Of a stretch of DNA of 64,000 bases, positions 1 to 12,216 are shown in pieces; the first letter of the stretch is position 1; each line of letters starts with the position of its first letter. A program made the translations under genes and the position numbers. The notes beneath the pieces are model-generated. The model was given only the letters and a program-made list of their open reading frames with translations, did not search any database and was not told the DNA's origin. Origin of the DNA: Malacoraja senta (taxonomy: Eukaryota); assembly GCA_038087875.1 (NCBI GenBank), contig CM075991.1, positions 14,262,001 through 14,326,000 of the forward strand, read 5' to 3'.

Positions 1-520
1 AGGAAGGACATTCTTGCTATTGAGGCAGTGCAGCGTAGGTTTACAAGGTTAATTCCCGGGATGGCGGGACTGTCATATGCTGAGAGAATGGAGCGGCTGG
101 GCTTGTACACTCTGGAGTTTAGAAGGATGAGAGGGCATCTTATTGAAACATATAAGATTGTTAAGGGTTTGGACACGCTAGAGGCAGGAAACATGTTCCT
201 GATGTTGGGGGAGTCCAGAACCAGGGGCCACAGTTTAAGAATAAGGGGTAAGCCATTTTGAACGGAGACGAGGAAACACTTTTTCTCACAGAGAGTTGTG
301 AATCTGTGGAATTCTCTGCCTCAGAGGGCGGTGGAGGCGGGTTCTCTGGATGCTTTCAAGAGAGAGCTAGATTGGGCTCTTAAAAATAGCGGAGTCAGAG
401 GATAAGGGGAGAAGGCAGGAACGGGGTACTGATTGGGGATGATCAGCCATGATCACATTGAATGGCGGTGCTGGCTCGAAGGGCCGAATGGCCTACTCCT
501 GCACCTATTGTCTATTGTCT
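1..520 (+). mobile_element. CR1-clade LINE 3' fragment
   Basis: Encodes CR1 ORF2 C-terminus (QRRFTRLIPGM...ESRTRGHSLRI), followed by the CR1 3' UTR and an ATTGTCT repeat tail. Confidence 0.9.
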
Positions 521-972
521 TACCTGCCTGCACATGATCCATATCCTTCCACTCCCTGCCTATCCATGTGCCTATCCAAAAGTCTCTTGTACGCCACTAT
601 CGTATCTGCCTCCTCCACCACCACCCCTGGCTGCTCGCTCCATCCTCTGTGTGAAAGAACGTAACACGCACATCTCCTTTAAATTTGCCCCAGCCACGGG
701 AGGTAGTTGGGGCAGGTAACGGCGTTTAGACAGGTGCATGGATAGGAAAGGTTTAAGCTCTGGGTCAAATGGCGGCATGTGGGACCAGTGTATGTTGGTC
801 GGCATTGGCAGGTTGGGCCGAAGGGCCTGTTTCCACGCTGTTTGACTCTAGGACTCTCACCTTAAACCAACGCCCACCGGTATTTGGCATGACCATCCTG
901 GGGGAGAAAGGCTCTGACTGTCTACCCTGTCTGTGCCACTCACTGTTGTATGTATGGGTGCCTTGCCCTCAT

Positions 973-1376
<404 letters not shown>

Positions 1377-1413
1377 TAAGTAGAGGTGTCTGTCTGACCT
1401 GCCGGGGGTAAGG

Positions 1414-1539
1414 ATGGGGGGGGACGGTGTGGGGTAGGGGGGGTGAGGTGTGGGGTGGGGTGGGGTGGGGGGTGGGGTGGGGTGGGGGGGGCGGGGTGGG
1501 GTGGGGGCGGTGTGGGGTGGGGGGGGTGGGGGGGGAGGG
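1414..1539 (+). repeat. G-rich (GGGGT-like) low-complexity tract
   Basis: Many consecutive G3-G9 runs in an FGFR1 intron. Confidence 0.85.
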
Positions 1540-1598
1540 CGTACTACCCGCGTGCCCTGTCTCTCTGCAAAAAGAGAACCCAAGAACATAGATTTAAT

Positions 1599-1822
1599 GA
1601 GTACGGAGTTTGTACGTTCTCCCTGTGACCCCGTGGGTTTTCTCCGGGTGCTCTGGTTTCCTCCCACACTCCAAAGACGTGCAGGATTGTAGCATAATTG
1701 GCTTGGTGTAAATGTAAAAATTGTCCCTGGTGTGTGTAGGATAGTGTTAATGAGCAGGATCGCTGGTCGGTGTGGACTCGGTGGGCTGAAGGGCCTGTTT
1801 CCGCGCTGTATCTCTAATCTAA
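1599..1822 (+). mobile_element. HE1/V-SINE, 5'-truncated
   Basis: Matches core and tail of the 973-1280 copy. Confidence 0.8.
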
Positions 1823-2003
1823 AGTACAGATTGCCTGGCTCAGCGGGGTGTGTGTGTGTGTGGGGGGAATCGCCTGCTCTCCCCTGGGGCCAGGGGTCAG
1901 GAGCCAGTGAGGTAGTGGAGTAACAGCAGGCCAGGCAGCATCTCTGGAGAACATGGATAGGTGACGTTTCTTCACTGCTCTTCCACCTCCTGTGGTTTGT
2001 TGA

Positions 2004-2147
<144 letters not shown>

Positions 2148-2169
2148 TGAGTACATAACCGCTATTGCT

Positions 2170-2820
2170 ATTGCTTGCTATTGAGGGAGTGCAGCGTAGG
2201 TTTACAAGGTTAATTCCCGGGATGGCGGGACTGTCATATGCTGAGAGAATGGAGCAGCTGGGCTTGTACACTCTGGAGTTTAGAAGGATGGGAGGGAATC
2301 TCATTGAAACATATAAGATTGTTAAGGGTTTGGACACGCTGGAGGCAGGAAACATGTTCCCGATGTTGGGGGAGTCCAGAAACAGGGGCCACAGTTTAAG
2401 AATAAGGAGTAAGCCATTTAGAACGGAGACGAGGAAACACTTTTTCTCACAGAGAAACATAGAAAATAGGTGCAGGAGGAGGCCATTCGGCCCTTCAAGC
2501 CAGCACCGCCATTCATTGTGATCATGGCTGATCGTCCCCTATCAATAACCCGTGCCTGCCTTCTCCCCATATCCCTTGCCCTATACAATTGCATAGAGTG
2601 GTGAGTCTGTGGAATTCTCTGCCTCAGAGGGCAGTGGAGGCAGGTTCTCTGGATGCTTTGAAGAGAGAGCTGGATAGGGCTCTTAAAAATAGCGGAGTCG
2701 GGATATGGGGAGAAGGCAGGAACGGGGTACTGATTGGGGATGATCAGCCATGATCACATTGAATGGCAGTGCTGGCTCGAAGGGTCGAATGGCCTATTCC
2801 TGCACCTATTGTTTATTGTA
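2170..2820 (+). mobile_element. CR1 3' fragment with an antisense CR1 tail inserted at ~2452-2580
   Basis: Nearly identical to 1-520; interrupted by a reverse-complement CR1 3' UTR. Confidence 0.85.
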
Positions 2821-3009
2821 AATAATTGATTAAATCAAAAAAAACGGGGACAGAACCGTGTGCAGTATGTGGGGGGGGGGGGGGACGAGGACAGAACCAG
2901 CAATGGAGGAGAGAGAGAGGAAGAGCGCTTGAGCAGGGAGTGGGGGGGGGGGGGGGGTTGCTTCTTTCCCTTAACTCCACCCATCACACTTGAGTTTGAG
3001 TTTCAGGTA

Positions 3010-3708
3010 CAGTGTGTTCATCTGTCCCGTTAGCCCATCGGCTGATTGCTTTTACCACATTCATTGCCAGAAGATCTATTTTATTTAAATGGAAAGACTC
3101 TAATCCGCCGTCCACACTCTATTGGTACACTGAAACGATATCATGTTTAAATTTAGAAACAATTAGGAGTGACATTGTTCAACCCTTGGTTAAATTTGAT
3201 AGGACTTGGGGAAGATTTATTCAACATTTTCATACGACATAAATTGTCCCCTCTCCAACTGTGTTAATCATTATTTTAACTTTATACGGTGGAACGGACT
3301 TGACGACAAACAGGGACTTAAATTGTTGAAACTCTTTGCAGCCCAGATTCTGGTTGGCTTTCTCCTTTAGTTTAGGGCGGTTTCGTTTTTTTCATGTTTT
3401 CTCTTTTTTTCTTTTTTTTTCTTTTCATCTTTTCATTTTTATACATATAAGTTCTCTTTTAAACACTTAACTATATTTACATAGAGACCGGGAGGTCTAT
3501 ATTCAATGTGTATTTTGACACTGGACTAATTTATTTTGACACTGGACTAATTTTGACACTGGACTAATATTTAGGTTATACCTGCCATTAATGTAATCCT
3601 GATCCCTATGTATCAATATCACTGTTATGTTTATCATTATATTTTTGTTGTCTTGTTTTTGCTTTGGGAAAAAAACGAATAAAAAGATTTTAAAAGAAAG
3701 AAAGAAAG
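3010..3708 (+). mobile_element. L1-clade LINE 3' fragment
   Basis: ORF 3012-3242 resembles fish L1 ORF2 C-terminus (IARRSILFKWK..PPS...W...FDRTW); T-rich 3' UTR, AATAAA ~3678, (GAAA)n tail. Confidence 0.75.
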
Positions 3709-3886
3709 CGGAGTCAGGGGATACGGGGAGAAGGGGGTACTAATTGGGGATGATCAGCCATGATCACATTGAATAGCTCGAAGGGCCAAATGGCCTATTC
3801 CTGCACCTATTGTCTATTGTAAATAATTGATAAAATTACAAAAAACTGGGACAGAACCTGAAGCGAGCCCCTCTCCTCCCACCCAG

Positions 3887-3992
3887 GTACATGACGATGA
3901 GAGACTGTTGGCACGTCATGCCTTCGCAGCGCCCCACCTTCAAGCAGCTGGTCGAAGACTTGGATCGAATCTTAGCCATTACCTCGAATCAG
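3887..3992 (+). CDS. FGFR1: FGFR1 penultimate coding exon (106 bp)
   Basis: acccag|(L)[35 protein letters not shown]|gtgagt. Confidence 0.97.
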
Positions 3993-4019
3993 GTGAGTCC
4001 ACCACGTGTGCAGCTTTAA

Positions 4020-4376
4020 AAAAAAATTGTATCAAAAATAATTTATTTCATTACTATCGCGATACAAAACAAAAGTCTTGACCCGAAACGTCACCTATTT
4101 CCTTCGCTCCATAGATGCTGCCTCACCCGTTGAATTTCTCCAGCATTTTTGTCTACCTTCCATATTGCAAAATCACCAAATTATTCACACACCAAATTTC
4201 CAACCAATGTTACTACCCTCTCGAGTACCACCCGGGCGCCGGAAAACCCCGGAAAAGGGGCAAGCATCCGGCTCAGGCAAATCTCGCTTCCCCCGGCGCC
4301 ATGACTCGTGGATGGCCAGCTTGGCCAGGCCTAGGAGCAACCCAACCAGGACATCTTCGGCCCTGCCCGATCCCTA
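4020..4376 (-). mobile_element. Tx1/L1-like LINE 3' end, with a Penelope-tail fragment at ~4075-4160
   Basis: Minus strand reads GRAEDVLVGLLLGLAKLAIHES..CLPLFRG..RARVVLER, homologous to the 15046-16270 copy. Confidence 0.65.
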
Positions 4377-4834
4377 GATCCCAACACCAGTCCTCCCTCC
4401 GGCTCGCTGACAGCAGAGCCACTCCTGCCCCCTACGGACCCTTGGTGGAGTGGTGGTGCTCCTTGCCCCCCGGACCCCGGCTACAAGGACGCTCTACTGG
4501 CCTCTACCACGTGTGCAGCTTCGGAAAGAGGCGGGAGAGAGCCCATTGTCTCACACAAATCGGCCGCCCATTTTGGGAACAGCTCCATCCAAGACCGCAA
4601 GAAATTCCAGAGAGTTGTGGACGCAGCCCAGACCGTCACACAAACCAATCTCCCTTCCACTGACTCCATCTACACCTCACGCTGCCTCGGCAAGGCCAGC
4701 AGCATCATCAAGGACCCAAAATGCAGGGAATGGAGGAATATGGGTCCTATACAGGCAGAGGCCAGTAGTTTAACTTGGCTTCATGTTCGGCACGGACATA
4801 GTGGGCTGAAGGGCCTGTTCCTGTGCTGTGCTAT

Positions 4835-5143
4835 GTTTAGTTTAGTTTTGAGATACAGCGCGGAAATGGGCCCTCTGGTCCACTGGGTCCGCGCCAACCA
4901 GCGATCCCCGCACATTAACACTATCCTAGGGACAAATGTTACATTTTTACATCTACCAAGCCAATTAAGCTACAAAGCTGTACCTCTTTGGAGTGTGGGA
5001 GGAAACCGGAGATCTCGGGGAAAACCCACGCAGGTCACGGGAAGAACGTACAAACTCCGTACAGACAGCACCCGTAGTCGGGATCGAACCAGGGTCTCTG
5101 GTGCTGAAAGCGCTGTAAGGCAGCAACTCTACCGCGCCACCGT
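4835..5143 (-). mobile_element. HE1/V-SINE
   Basis: Reverse complement of the 973-1280 family, head to tail. Confidence 0.85.
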
Positions 5144-5539
5144 GCTGTTCAATGTGAAGGCAACAAACCTGGGCAGGTGGTGGGGTGAGAGGGGGGGGGG
5201 GGGGGGGAAAGGTGTTCAAGGCCTGAGAGACTTCAAGGGACATCTGCCCCCTGTATCCAGCTCACCGCTCTCAGTCACTGACACTGCAGCAAGGGACATT
5301 TCCATTTGCATTTCCCGGTTTCTCAAACTAATATTTGGGAAAGGGGAAGGGTTTTTTCTTTCTGTCTCATGAACAGTTGCAGAGAGGAATCCAAGTGGAT
5401 TAACTGTGCGTCTGTGAGATGAGAGAGTGAAACGGCACTGGTTAGGAACTGTTCCGAGGTTGCTGGTCTCAGCCAAACCACTTCAGAAAGCCCAGCGGAG
5501 GTTCCTGGCTAGTCAGAGGCTTAGTCTGCAGAGTTAATT

Positions 5540-5695
5540 CATGTTGATGTCTCGTTTTCACACCTTACCCACCCATATCTCCGTATCTCCCTCTCCACCC
5601 CCTCCTCCTCCACCAGACTCAGTCTGAAGAGGGGACTCGACCCGAAACGTCGCCCGTTCCTTCTCTCCAGAGATGCTGCCTGTCCCACTGAGCCA
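5540..5695 (+). mobile_element. Penelope-derived terminal module with hammerhead-like core (5624-5651)
   Basis: CTGAAGA-G-GGGACTCGACCC-GAAACGTC followed by the family's CTCCAGAGATGCTGCC tail. Confidence 0.7.
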
Positions 5696-5951
5696 CTGGA
5701 GATCTTTCTTCCCTGCTGTTGTGGGGTAGACTGAGACTGGCTCCCCACCCTACCCCCTCCCCAAATCTTTGGACATCCCCAATCCATTCCACTCGTCACT
5801 TTAATTTCATGTTTCATGTGTTTTGTGTGTTTATGACTTTTGGTGGATCGATTTCCCTCCTGGGATAAATAACGTTCCATGGTATCGTTGCTCCAGCGTT
5901 TTGCCTGCCTCTTTAAGTCACCATTTTGTTTTGTCTGCTCCGGTCCTGCAG

Positions 5952-6128
5952 GAATACCTGGACCTGTCGGTGTCTCTGGACCAGTATTCCCCCAACTTCC
6001 CGGACACCCGCAGTTCCACCTGCTCTTCCGGGGAGGACTCCGTCTTCTCCCACGACCCGCTGCCGGAGGAGCCGTGCCTCCCCAAGTGTCCGGGCCGCGC
6101 CAACGGTGGGCTGAAGAGGAAGCATTAA
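5952..6128 (+). CDS. FGFR1: FGFR1 last coding exon
   Basis: ctgcag|[62 protein letters not shown]1-type tail with the EYLDL PLC-gamma docking Tyr. Confidence 0.97.
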   Translation, partial: EYLDLSVSLDQYSPNFPDTRSSTCSSGEDSVFSHDPLPEEPCLPKCPGRANGGLKRKH

Positions 6129-8320
6129 AGAGGCACGCCGTCTTTGTGCGCTGCAGCAGAGCCGACCCACCTCACCCCTCACCCCTCACCCCTCACCCCT
6201 CCCCTTCCCCGACAACATTCCATGGAGCCAGTCCACCTCGATGGACGGAATCGACCACATCTCCCTGCGGCTCCACGCCTCCAGCGCCTCCTCTGTTGGG
6301 AGGCCGCCATGTTTCTTGCCCGCTCGCCATCTACGGCTCAATCATCTCGTACAAAAGACGGATGAGCCTTTCCTTCCGAGCGAGAGAGAGAGAGAGAGAG
6401 GCGTCGATCAGAAACCTCCCAGTCCCCAACAACTGGAGACGCTGCCGTGCAACCGACCAGTGGAGAAGACGGGTGCTTTGCTAGTCCACGTGATCTCGCC
6501 CCCCACCCCCCCCTCCTCTCTCCTCCTCCTCTCCTCCCCTTCCCCTGCCATTAACACAACCTGTCGACCACAGGAGGCTGCTCCGCGGATAAGATGTTCG
6601 CCCCTTGCTGTGGGGGGGGGGGGGGGCAGAGGGGAGATGGGGGAGACAGTCCTTCCCCTTGGGGCAGGTGGGTATCTGACACCGTGTCCCCCGCCCAATG
6701 GGGCTGGCATGGTGGGGTTGGCAGCGCTGAGCTCAGCCTCCATGCCCGGGAGGCAATGCCAGAGTGCAGGGTGAATGAGAGAGAGAGAGAGCCTTGTAAA
6801 TATGGCCAAATATGTATAAATATAAATATATTTACATGAACTGTTTTTCCTTTTGTAAAGTTAACACGGTAGTTGCTGGGGCGATGGCGGTGAGGGTTGG
6901 CGTGTGGTGGGGGGGAGGGGGAGGGGGGGTTGTGTCGTGCGTCTCGTCCACCCCAGGGAGTGTCTGTCCGTGCGGTGAGGAGGGGTGGGGGGGTCTCATC
7001 TTGCTCCCCCCCCCATGCTGAATATTGGGCTGGCAGCGTAGTGTGTGGGGAGGGGGGAGGGGGTTGATGGACAGGTGGGGGTGACGGACCAGAGGAGTGG
7101 GGGGGGGTGACAAAATAGTGGGGCAGGGGGCGGCAGTTGATGCGGGGGGGGTAAGGGACAGGTTCTGGGGGGTGAGTCATGGTATCATCAGACCATGGGG
7201 GGGGGGAGGGTGTCATGGTACCAGTCCCGGGGATGAGGGGGGGTCATCAGTGCACTGGTGGGCAGGGTGGGTTTCACACCCGTACCCAGGGTGGCACTAG
7301 CTGGGGGTGTCTGGGTTCACCTACAGTCCCCTTGCCGTGGGCTGCCACTTCCCCGGCCCACCCCCCACACCACCGTCACAGTGAGTGTGTGTGTGTGAGA
7401 GTGTGATCATCTGGGTGTGTGTATAAATGTGTGTGTGTGTGTGTGAGTGATAGTCTGAGGGTGAGTGTGTGTGTGTGTGTGTGTGAGTGAGTGTGTGTGT
7501 GTGAGTGATCATCTGGGTGTGTGTATAAATGTGTGTGCGTGTGTGAGAATGTGAGTAATAGTCTGAGGGTGTGTGTGAGTGAGTGTGAGAGTGTGTAATA
7601 GTCTGGGTGTAAGTGTGTGTGAGTGTGATAGTCTGGGTGTAAGTGTGTGAGAGTGTGTATGAGCGTGTGATAGTCTGGGTGTGTGAGTGTGATAGTCTGG
7701 GTGTGTGTATAAATGTGTGTGTGCGTGTGAATACAGAGGCTGCCAACTTCACTCAGACTGGAGCGAACAGCGGAAAGAATTTGTCCAAGTTCATAAGTGA
7801 TAGGAGCAGAATTAGGCCATTCGGCCCATCGAGTCTACTCCGCCATCCAATCACGGCTGATCTATATTGCCCTCTAAACTCCATTATGTGGCCTTCTCAC
7901 CATAACCCCTGAACCGGTCTTAAGGGTTCCAATGTTTCCAGTGTGGCTGATGTGTATCCACGGGCGGGGTGAGTTGCCAGGGGTGACCTGTGTTGGGCAG
8001 GGTGGGTGGGCCCAGTGCGGTGAGGTGACCTGTGTTGGGCAGGGTGGGTGGGTTGGCCGGGTGTGATGAGAGGGAGCTGGCTGTGTATCCATGCATGGAC
8101 ATTTGCTCACACGTGGATTCACAGTGACTGGTACATTGAGGCTGTCCGCTGCCCCTGGCCAGGCTGCCCACTACAGAAAACCAATCGCCTAATTTATTGT
8201 TGTTCTGTTTAATTAAAAAGTGAAACTTTTGTTTTCCGTTTTATAAATGTTTACACGTTGACCTGTAGTTATTCCATATTTAGCCTTTTATGATTAAATT
8301 CCTTTTTAACAATTTATCTG
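6129..8320 (+). other. FGFR1: Probable FGFR1 3' UTR
   Basis: Follows the stop codon; ATTAAA at 8212-8217 and 8293-8298 with downstream U/GU-rich sequence; exact end unknown. Confidence 0.5.
7381..7730. repeat. GT-rich degenerate minisatellite
   Basis: Repeating GATAGTCTGGGTGTGT-type units among (GT)/(GA) dinucleotides. Confidence 0.85.
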
Positions 8321-8359
8321 CCTTTTTGATTTACCTGTTTTGTTGGATTCTACGATACA

Positions 8360-9022
8360 ATTCGCTTGGATAGTTTACACCAAAGATCCTATAGCGGAGC
8401 AAGATAGACCACTCCTGCTAAATGCAATGGGTTGACGTGTAGTACGCAACGGAGTGGAACGTGGGCCTTTTTTACATCCATTTCCGTAACCGGACCCGAC
8501 CCGACTCGCAGTGTAATCAACGTTGCGGGGGAACAGTTTGTGTTAATAAATTAAAATTCTGAAAATGAGGAGAAGATTTTTCCCAAATAACTTTTATTTT
8601 TACGAGGATGTTTCCGTAACCGGCTTCCGTCTCCGCGCTAGTATCCTATGGGATCTTTGGTGCGGAGACGGAAGCCGGTTACGGAAATGGGGCCTTAAAT
8701 GACCCATGAATCTGCCCATGACCGTACTACGTCTTTTTCGTCGAGTGGACTATCTTGCTCGCTATAGGATCTTTGGTTTACACGCCAGCGGTATAAACAT
8801 TGACCTCCAATTTCAGATAATCCTTGCTTTCTCCCTCCTTCCCCTCCCCTTCCCAGCTCTCCCACAAGCCCGCTGTCTCCACCTCTTCCTTTCTTTTTCC
8901 CGCCCCCCTACCCTACCCCCACATCAGTCTGAAGAAGGGTCTCGACCCGAAACGTGGCCTATTCCTTCACTCCATAGATGCTGCCTCACCCGCTGAGTTA
9001 CTCCAGTATTTTTGTCTACCTT
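8360..9022 (+). mobile_element. Penelope-like 3' remnant interrupted by a hAT MITE
   Basis: End of GIY-YIG-type ORF (LHASGINID) followed by terminal module with hammerhead-like core at 8929-8956 (cleavage base mutated to G). Confidence 0.65.
8381..8775. mobile_element. hAT-type MITE (395 bp)
   Basis: TIRs CAAAGATCCTATAGCG(G)AGCAAGATAG; 8-bp TSD GTTTACAC at 8373-8380 and 8776-8783. Confidence 0.85.
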
Positions 9023-9461
9023 AGATACGATACGATAGAACTTGATCCACCAACAGTCATAAAACAGAAAATGCATGAAATTAAAGTGACGAGTGGAAAG
9101 GATTGTGGATGTACAAAAATTGGGTGGGGAGTGGGGAGGGGGAGAGTCAGTCTACCCCACGACAGAAGGGGGAGGTACAGTTTAATAGCCACTGGGTTCT
9201 GAGCTAACCCTTCACATTCCTCTGCCTCTCGCGGACTTCGTGGGTCCCCTGAATGAAGCTGAGACCCTGTACGCCTGTCCTTGGGTCCGTACCCAAGAGT
9301 TAAGAGCGATTCGTAGTCGTATGTACTGGTAATTCATCAATTAAACCAGTCCAAAAGTCTTTTAAATGCCACTGTGGCCACTGCCTCCACCACCAATCCT
9401 GGCATCAAGTGCCAGGCACTCACCACCCACACTTACAGAGTGGAGAAAGTGATGCCGTTAT

Positions 9462-9730
9462 GTTTAATCTAGAGATACGGCGTGGAAACAGGCCCTTCGG
9501 CCCATCTAGTCTGTGCCAACCAGCGATCCTACACACACTGGGGACAATTTACAATCTTTACCAAAGCCAATTAACCTACAAACCTGTCTTTGGAGTGTGG
9601 GAAGAAACCGGAGCACCCGGAGAAAGCCCACACAGCCACGGGGAGGACGTACAAACTCCGTACAGGCAGCAGCCGTCGTCAGGATCGAACCCGGGTCACT
9701 GGCGCTGTGAGGCAGCAACTGTACCGCTGC
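9462..9730 (-). mobile_element. HE1/V-SINE
   Basis: Reverse complement of SINE core and tail. Confidence 0.8.
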
Positions 9731-10374
9731 CTCGCCCCAGAGAGGCGTCGAGGACTGGTTGAAGTTCCAAATAAGACGGAAGTCAAGGGTTCAATGGTCA
9801 ACGCAACAACACAAGAAATAAAGAGTCAAGCATGTGTAATATTGTCATGTGTCCCAGATAGAACAATGGGATTCTTCCTTGTGGCAGCACAACACAATAT
9901 GTAAACATAGTACACTGTAAACTAGGTCATAACCGAGAACAATAAGTTCAGTGTGTACTATACTGTACACATAATCACAAATACACATTTATATATATAT
10001 ATATATACACGCACACATACGTACACACAATAATAATGCATACAATATTCCACAATACAATAAATGACAGACACAAAATGCTGGAGTAACTCAGCAGGTC
10101 AGGCAGCATTCTTATCCTCCAGTCTGAAGAAGGGTCTCGAACCGAAGTGGCGCCTATTCCTTCTCTCCATAGATGCTGCCTCACCCTCTGAGTTCCTCCA
10201 GCATTTTTGTCTACCTTTTTTCTCCAGAGACGCTGCCTGATCCGCTGAGTTAGTCCAGTATTTTGTGTCTATCTTTGGTTCAAATCAATAGTCAATAATG
10301 CTTTATTCATTTTTTCGTATATTACACATGCGGGCGCTGCTATCTTGGCACCATTATCCAATTCCTAAGCAGTC

Positions 10375-11570
10375 GGCCAGCAGCATCATCAAGGACCAGT
10401 CTCACCCCTGGCCACTCCCTCTTCTCCCCTCTCCCATCAGGCAAGAGGTACAGAAGTGTGAAAACGCACACCTCCAGATTCAGTGACAGTTTCTTCCCAG
10501 CTGTTATCAGGCAACTGAACCATCCTACACTGGGGAGGGGTTCTGACTTCCCATCTACCTCATTGAAGACCCTTGGACTATCTTTAATCGGACTTCACTG
10601 GACCTTATCTTGCAGTAAACATTAAAGTAAAAAGTCAAGTCACGTATCCTTTATTGTCATTCAGACTTTTCAGTCTGAACGAAATTTCGTGCCTTGCAGT
10701 CATAACATAGAATAAAACGACAAAACACACACTTAACACAGATTTCACATCCACCACAGTGAGTCCACCAAGTCCTCCTCACTGTGATGGAAGGCAAAAG
10801 TCTTAAAGTCCTTGTATCTTCCCTCCTTGTTCTCCCTCTGCGTTGAGGCGATCCAGGCTTCGGATGTTGTGACCCGGCCAGGTGATGGTAAGTCCCGCGG
10901 CTGAATCCGAGCTCTGCGAACGGGCCGGTTCAAACTCCGCGGCCTGGGGCGGACGAAGCTGCCGCCCTCCAGTCCAGCGGTCGAAGCTGTTCTTGCGGGA
11001 GCTCCGGAAAATAGGTCACCAACCTGGGACCTGTGAGCTCCCGACGATGTCGTCCTACTGGGTCCGCGGCAGAACCTCCGAAGTCGGGTCGCCGCCGCCG
11101 CCGCCGCAACGCCACCACAGCCCCGAAGTCGGGTCACCGCCGCCACAACGCCACCACAGCCCCGAAGTCGGCCAGCCTCACATTGCTAAGTCCTGGCTGG
11201 CTCTGCCTCCGGAGCCTCGAGGTCGGCCCCAGTTGGAGGCCGCCAGCTCCGCCATTAGGCCTCAGCACAGACGGAGACGGAGACGGGGGATAACACAAGA
11301 AAAGGTCGCATCCCCCCGAAGGAAGAGACTAAGAACATGTTTCTCCCACACATACACAACCTAAATAAACTGAAACAGGACAACAACAACAACAAAAAAG
11401 ACAAACGGACTGCAGGCGAGCCGCCATCTATGGTGGTGGCGCATTATTCCATTCATCCTGTTTCTGTACACTGTACAGGTTGATTGTAATCGTGTTTCGC
11501 CGTTTTGCTGACTGGTTAGCAGGCAAGAATAAACGTATTTCACTGGACCTCGGTACACGTAACAATAATA
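10375..11570 (+). mobile_element. Rex/Babar-like LINE 3' fragment split by the insertion at 10625-11441
   Basis: SIIKDQSHP-type C-terminus plus TTTCACTG..CCTCGGTACACGT tail; related fragments at ~13652-13885, 17143-17500, 21905-22115 and 29015-29270 on -. Confidence 0.6.
10625..11441 (-). mobile_element. Unclassified GC-rich non-coding interspersed repeat, copy 1
   Basis: CATTA duplication at 10620-10624 and 11442-11446; minus-strand ACAATAAA plus (GACTT)n tail; shares a hairpin and layout with 25515-26210 and 38500-39420. Confidence 0.6.
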
Positions 11571-11687
11571 GACGTTCTGCAACCTCCTGAAGTCTCGGGT
11601 GTTGGAATGAGCGATGCAGACCATTCAACAACCAGTGGCCTCCAACGTACACCTGCTACATTTCCATCTGGAACCCCCTCACTCACA

Positions 11688-11995
11688 ATCTCTTGCCCAG
11701 AGTAGGGGAATCGAGGACATGGGCTCAAGATGAAGGTGAAAAGATTTAATAGGAATCTGAGGGATAACTTTTTCACACAAAGGGTGGTGGGTGTGTGGAA
11801 CAAGGTGCCAGAGGAGGTAGTTGAGGCTGAGACTATCCCAATGTTTCAGAAACAGTTAGACAGGTACATGGATAGGATAGGTTTGGAGGGATATGGACCA
11901 AATGCTGGCAGGTGGGACAAGTGTAGCTGGGACTTGTTGGCAGGTGTGGGCAAGTTGGGCCAAAGGGCCTGTATCCACGCTGTATCACTCTAGGA
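11688..11995 (+). mobile_element. CR1 3' fragment of the subfamily sharing the SINE tail (HER1-like)
   Basis: RFNRNLRDNFFTQRVVGVWN; 3' end GGGCC.AAGGGCCTGT shared with the SINEs; similar pieces at ~26290-26680, 28740-29000, 29750-30040 and 32270-32605. Confidence 0.75.
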
Positions 11996-12216
11996 CTCTC
12001 AACAGCCTTGGGTTTCCAAGGAGGAAGCTGTTCCCAACAGGGAATGGTCCAAGGATCAGGTGAGGCAGTCTCAGTGACGGCACTGGGGCCGAAGACAACA
12101 TTCTCCATGGAACAGAAAACAGACACAGCTGGAGTAACTCAGTGGGACAAGAAGCATCTCTGGAGAGAAGGAATGGGTGATGTTTTGGGTCGAGAACCCT
12201 TTTCTCCATGGAACCA

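Noticed and set aside
11078..11172. CRISPR-like repeat-spacer array (CCGAAGTCGG x3)
   Set aside because: The intervening segments are themselves duplicates; eukaryotic context; no cas genes
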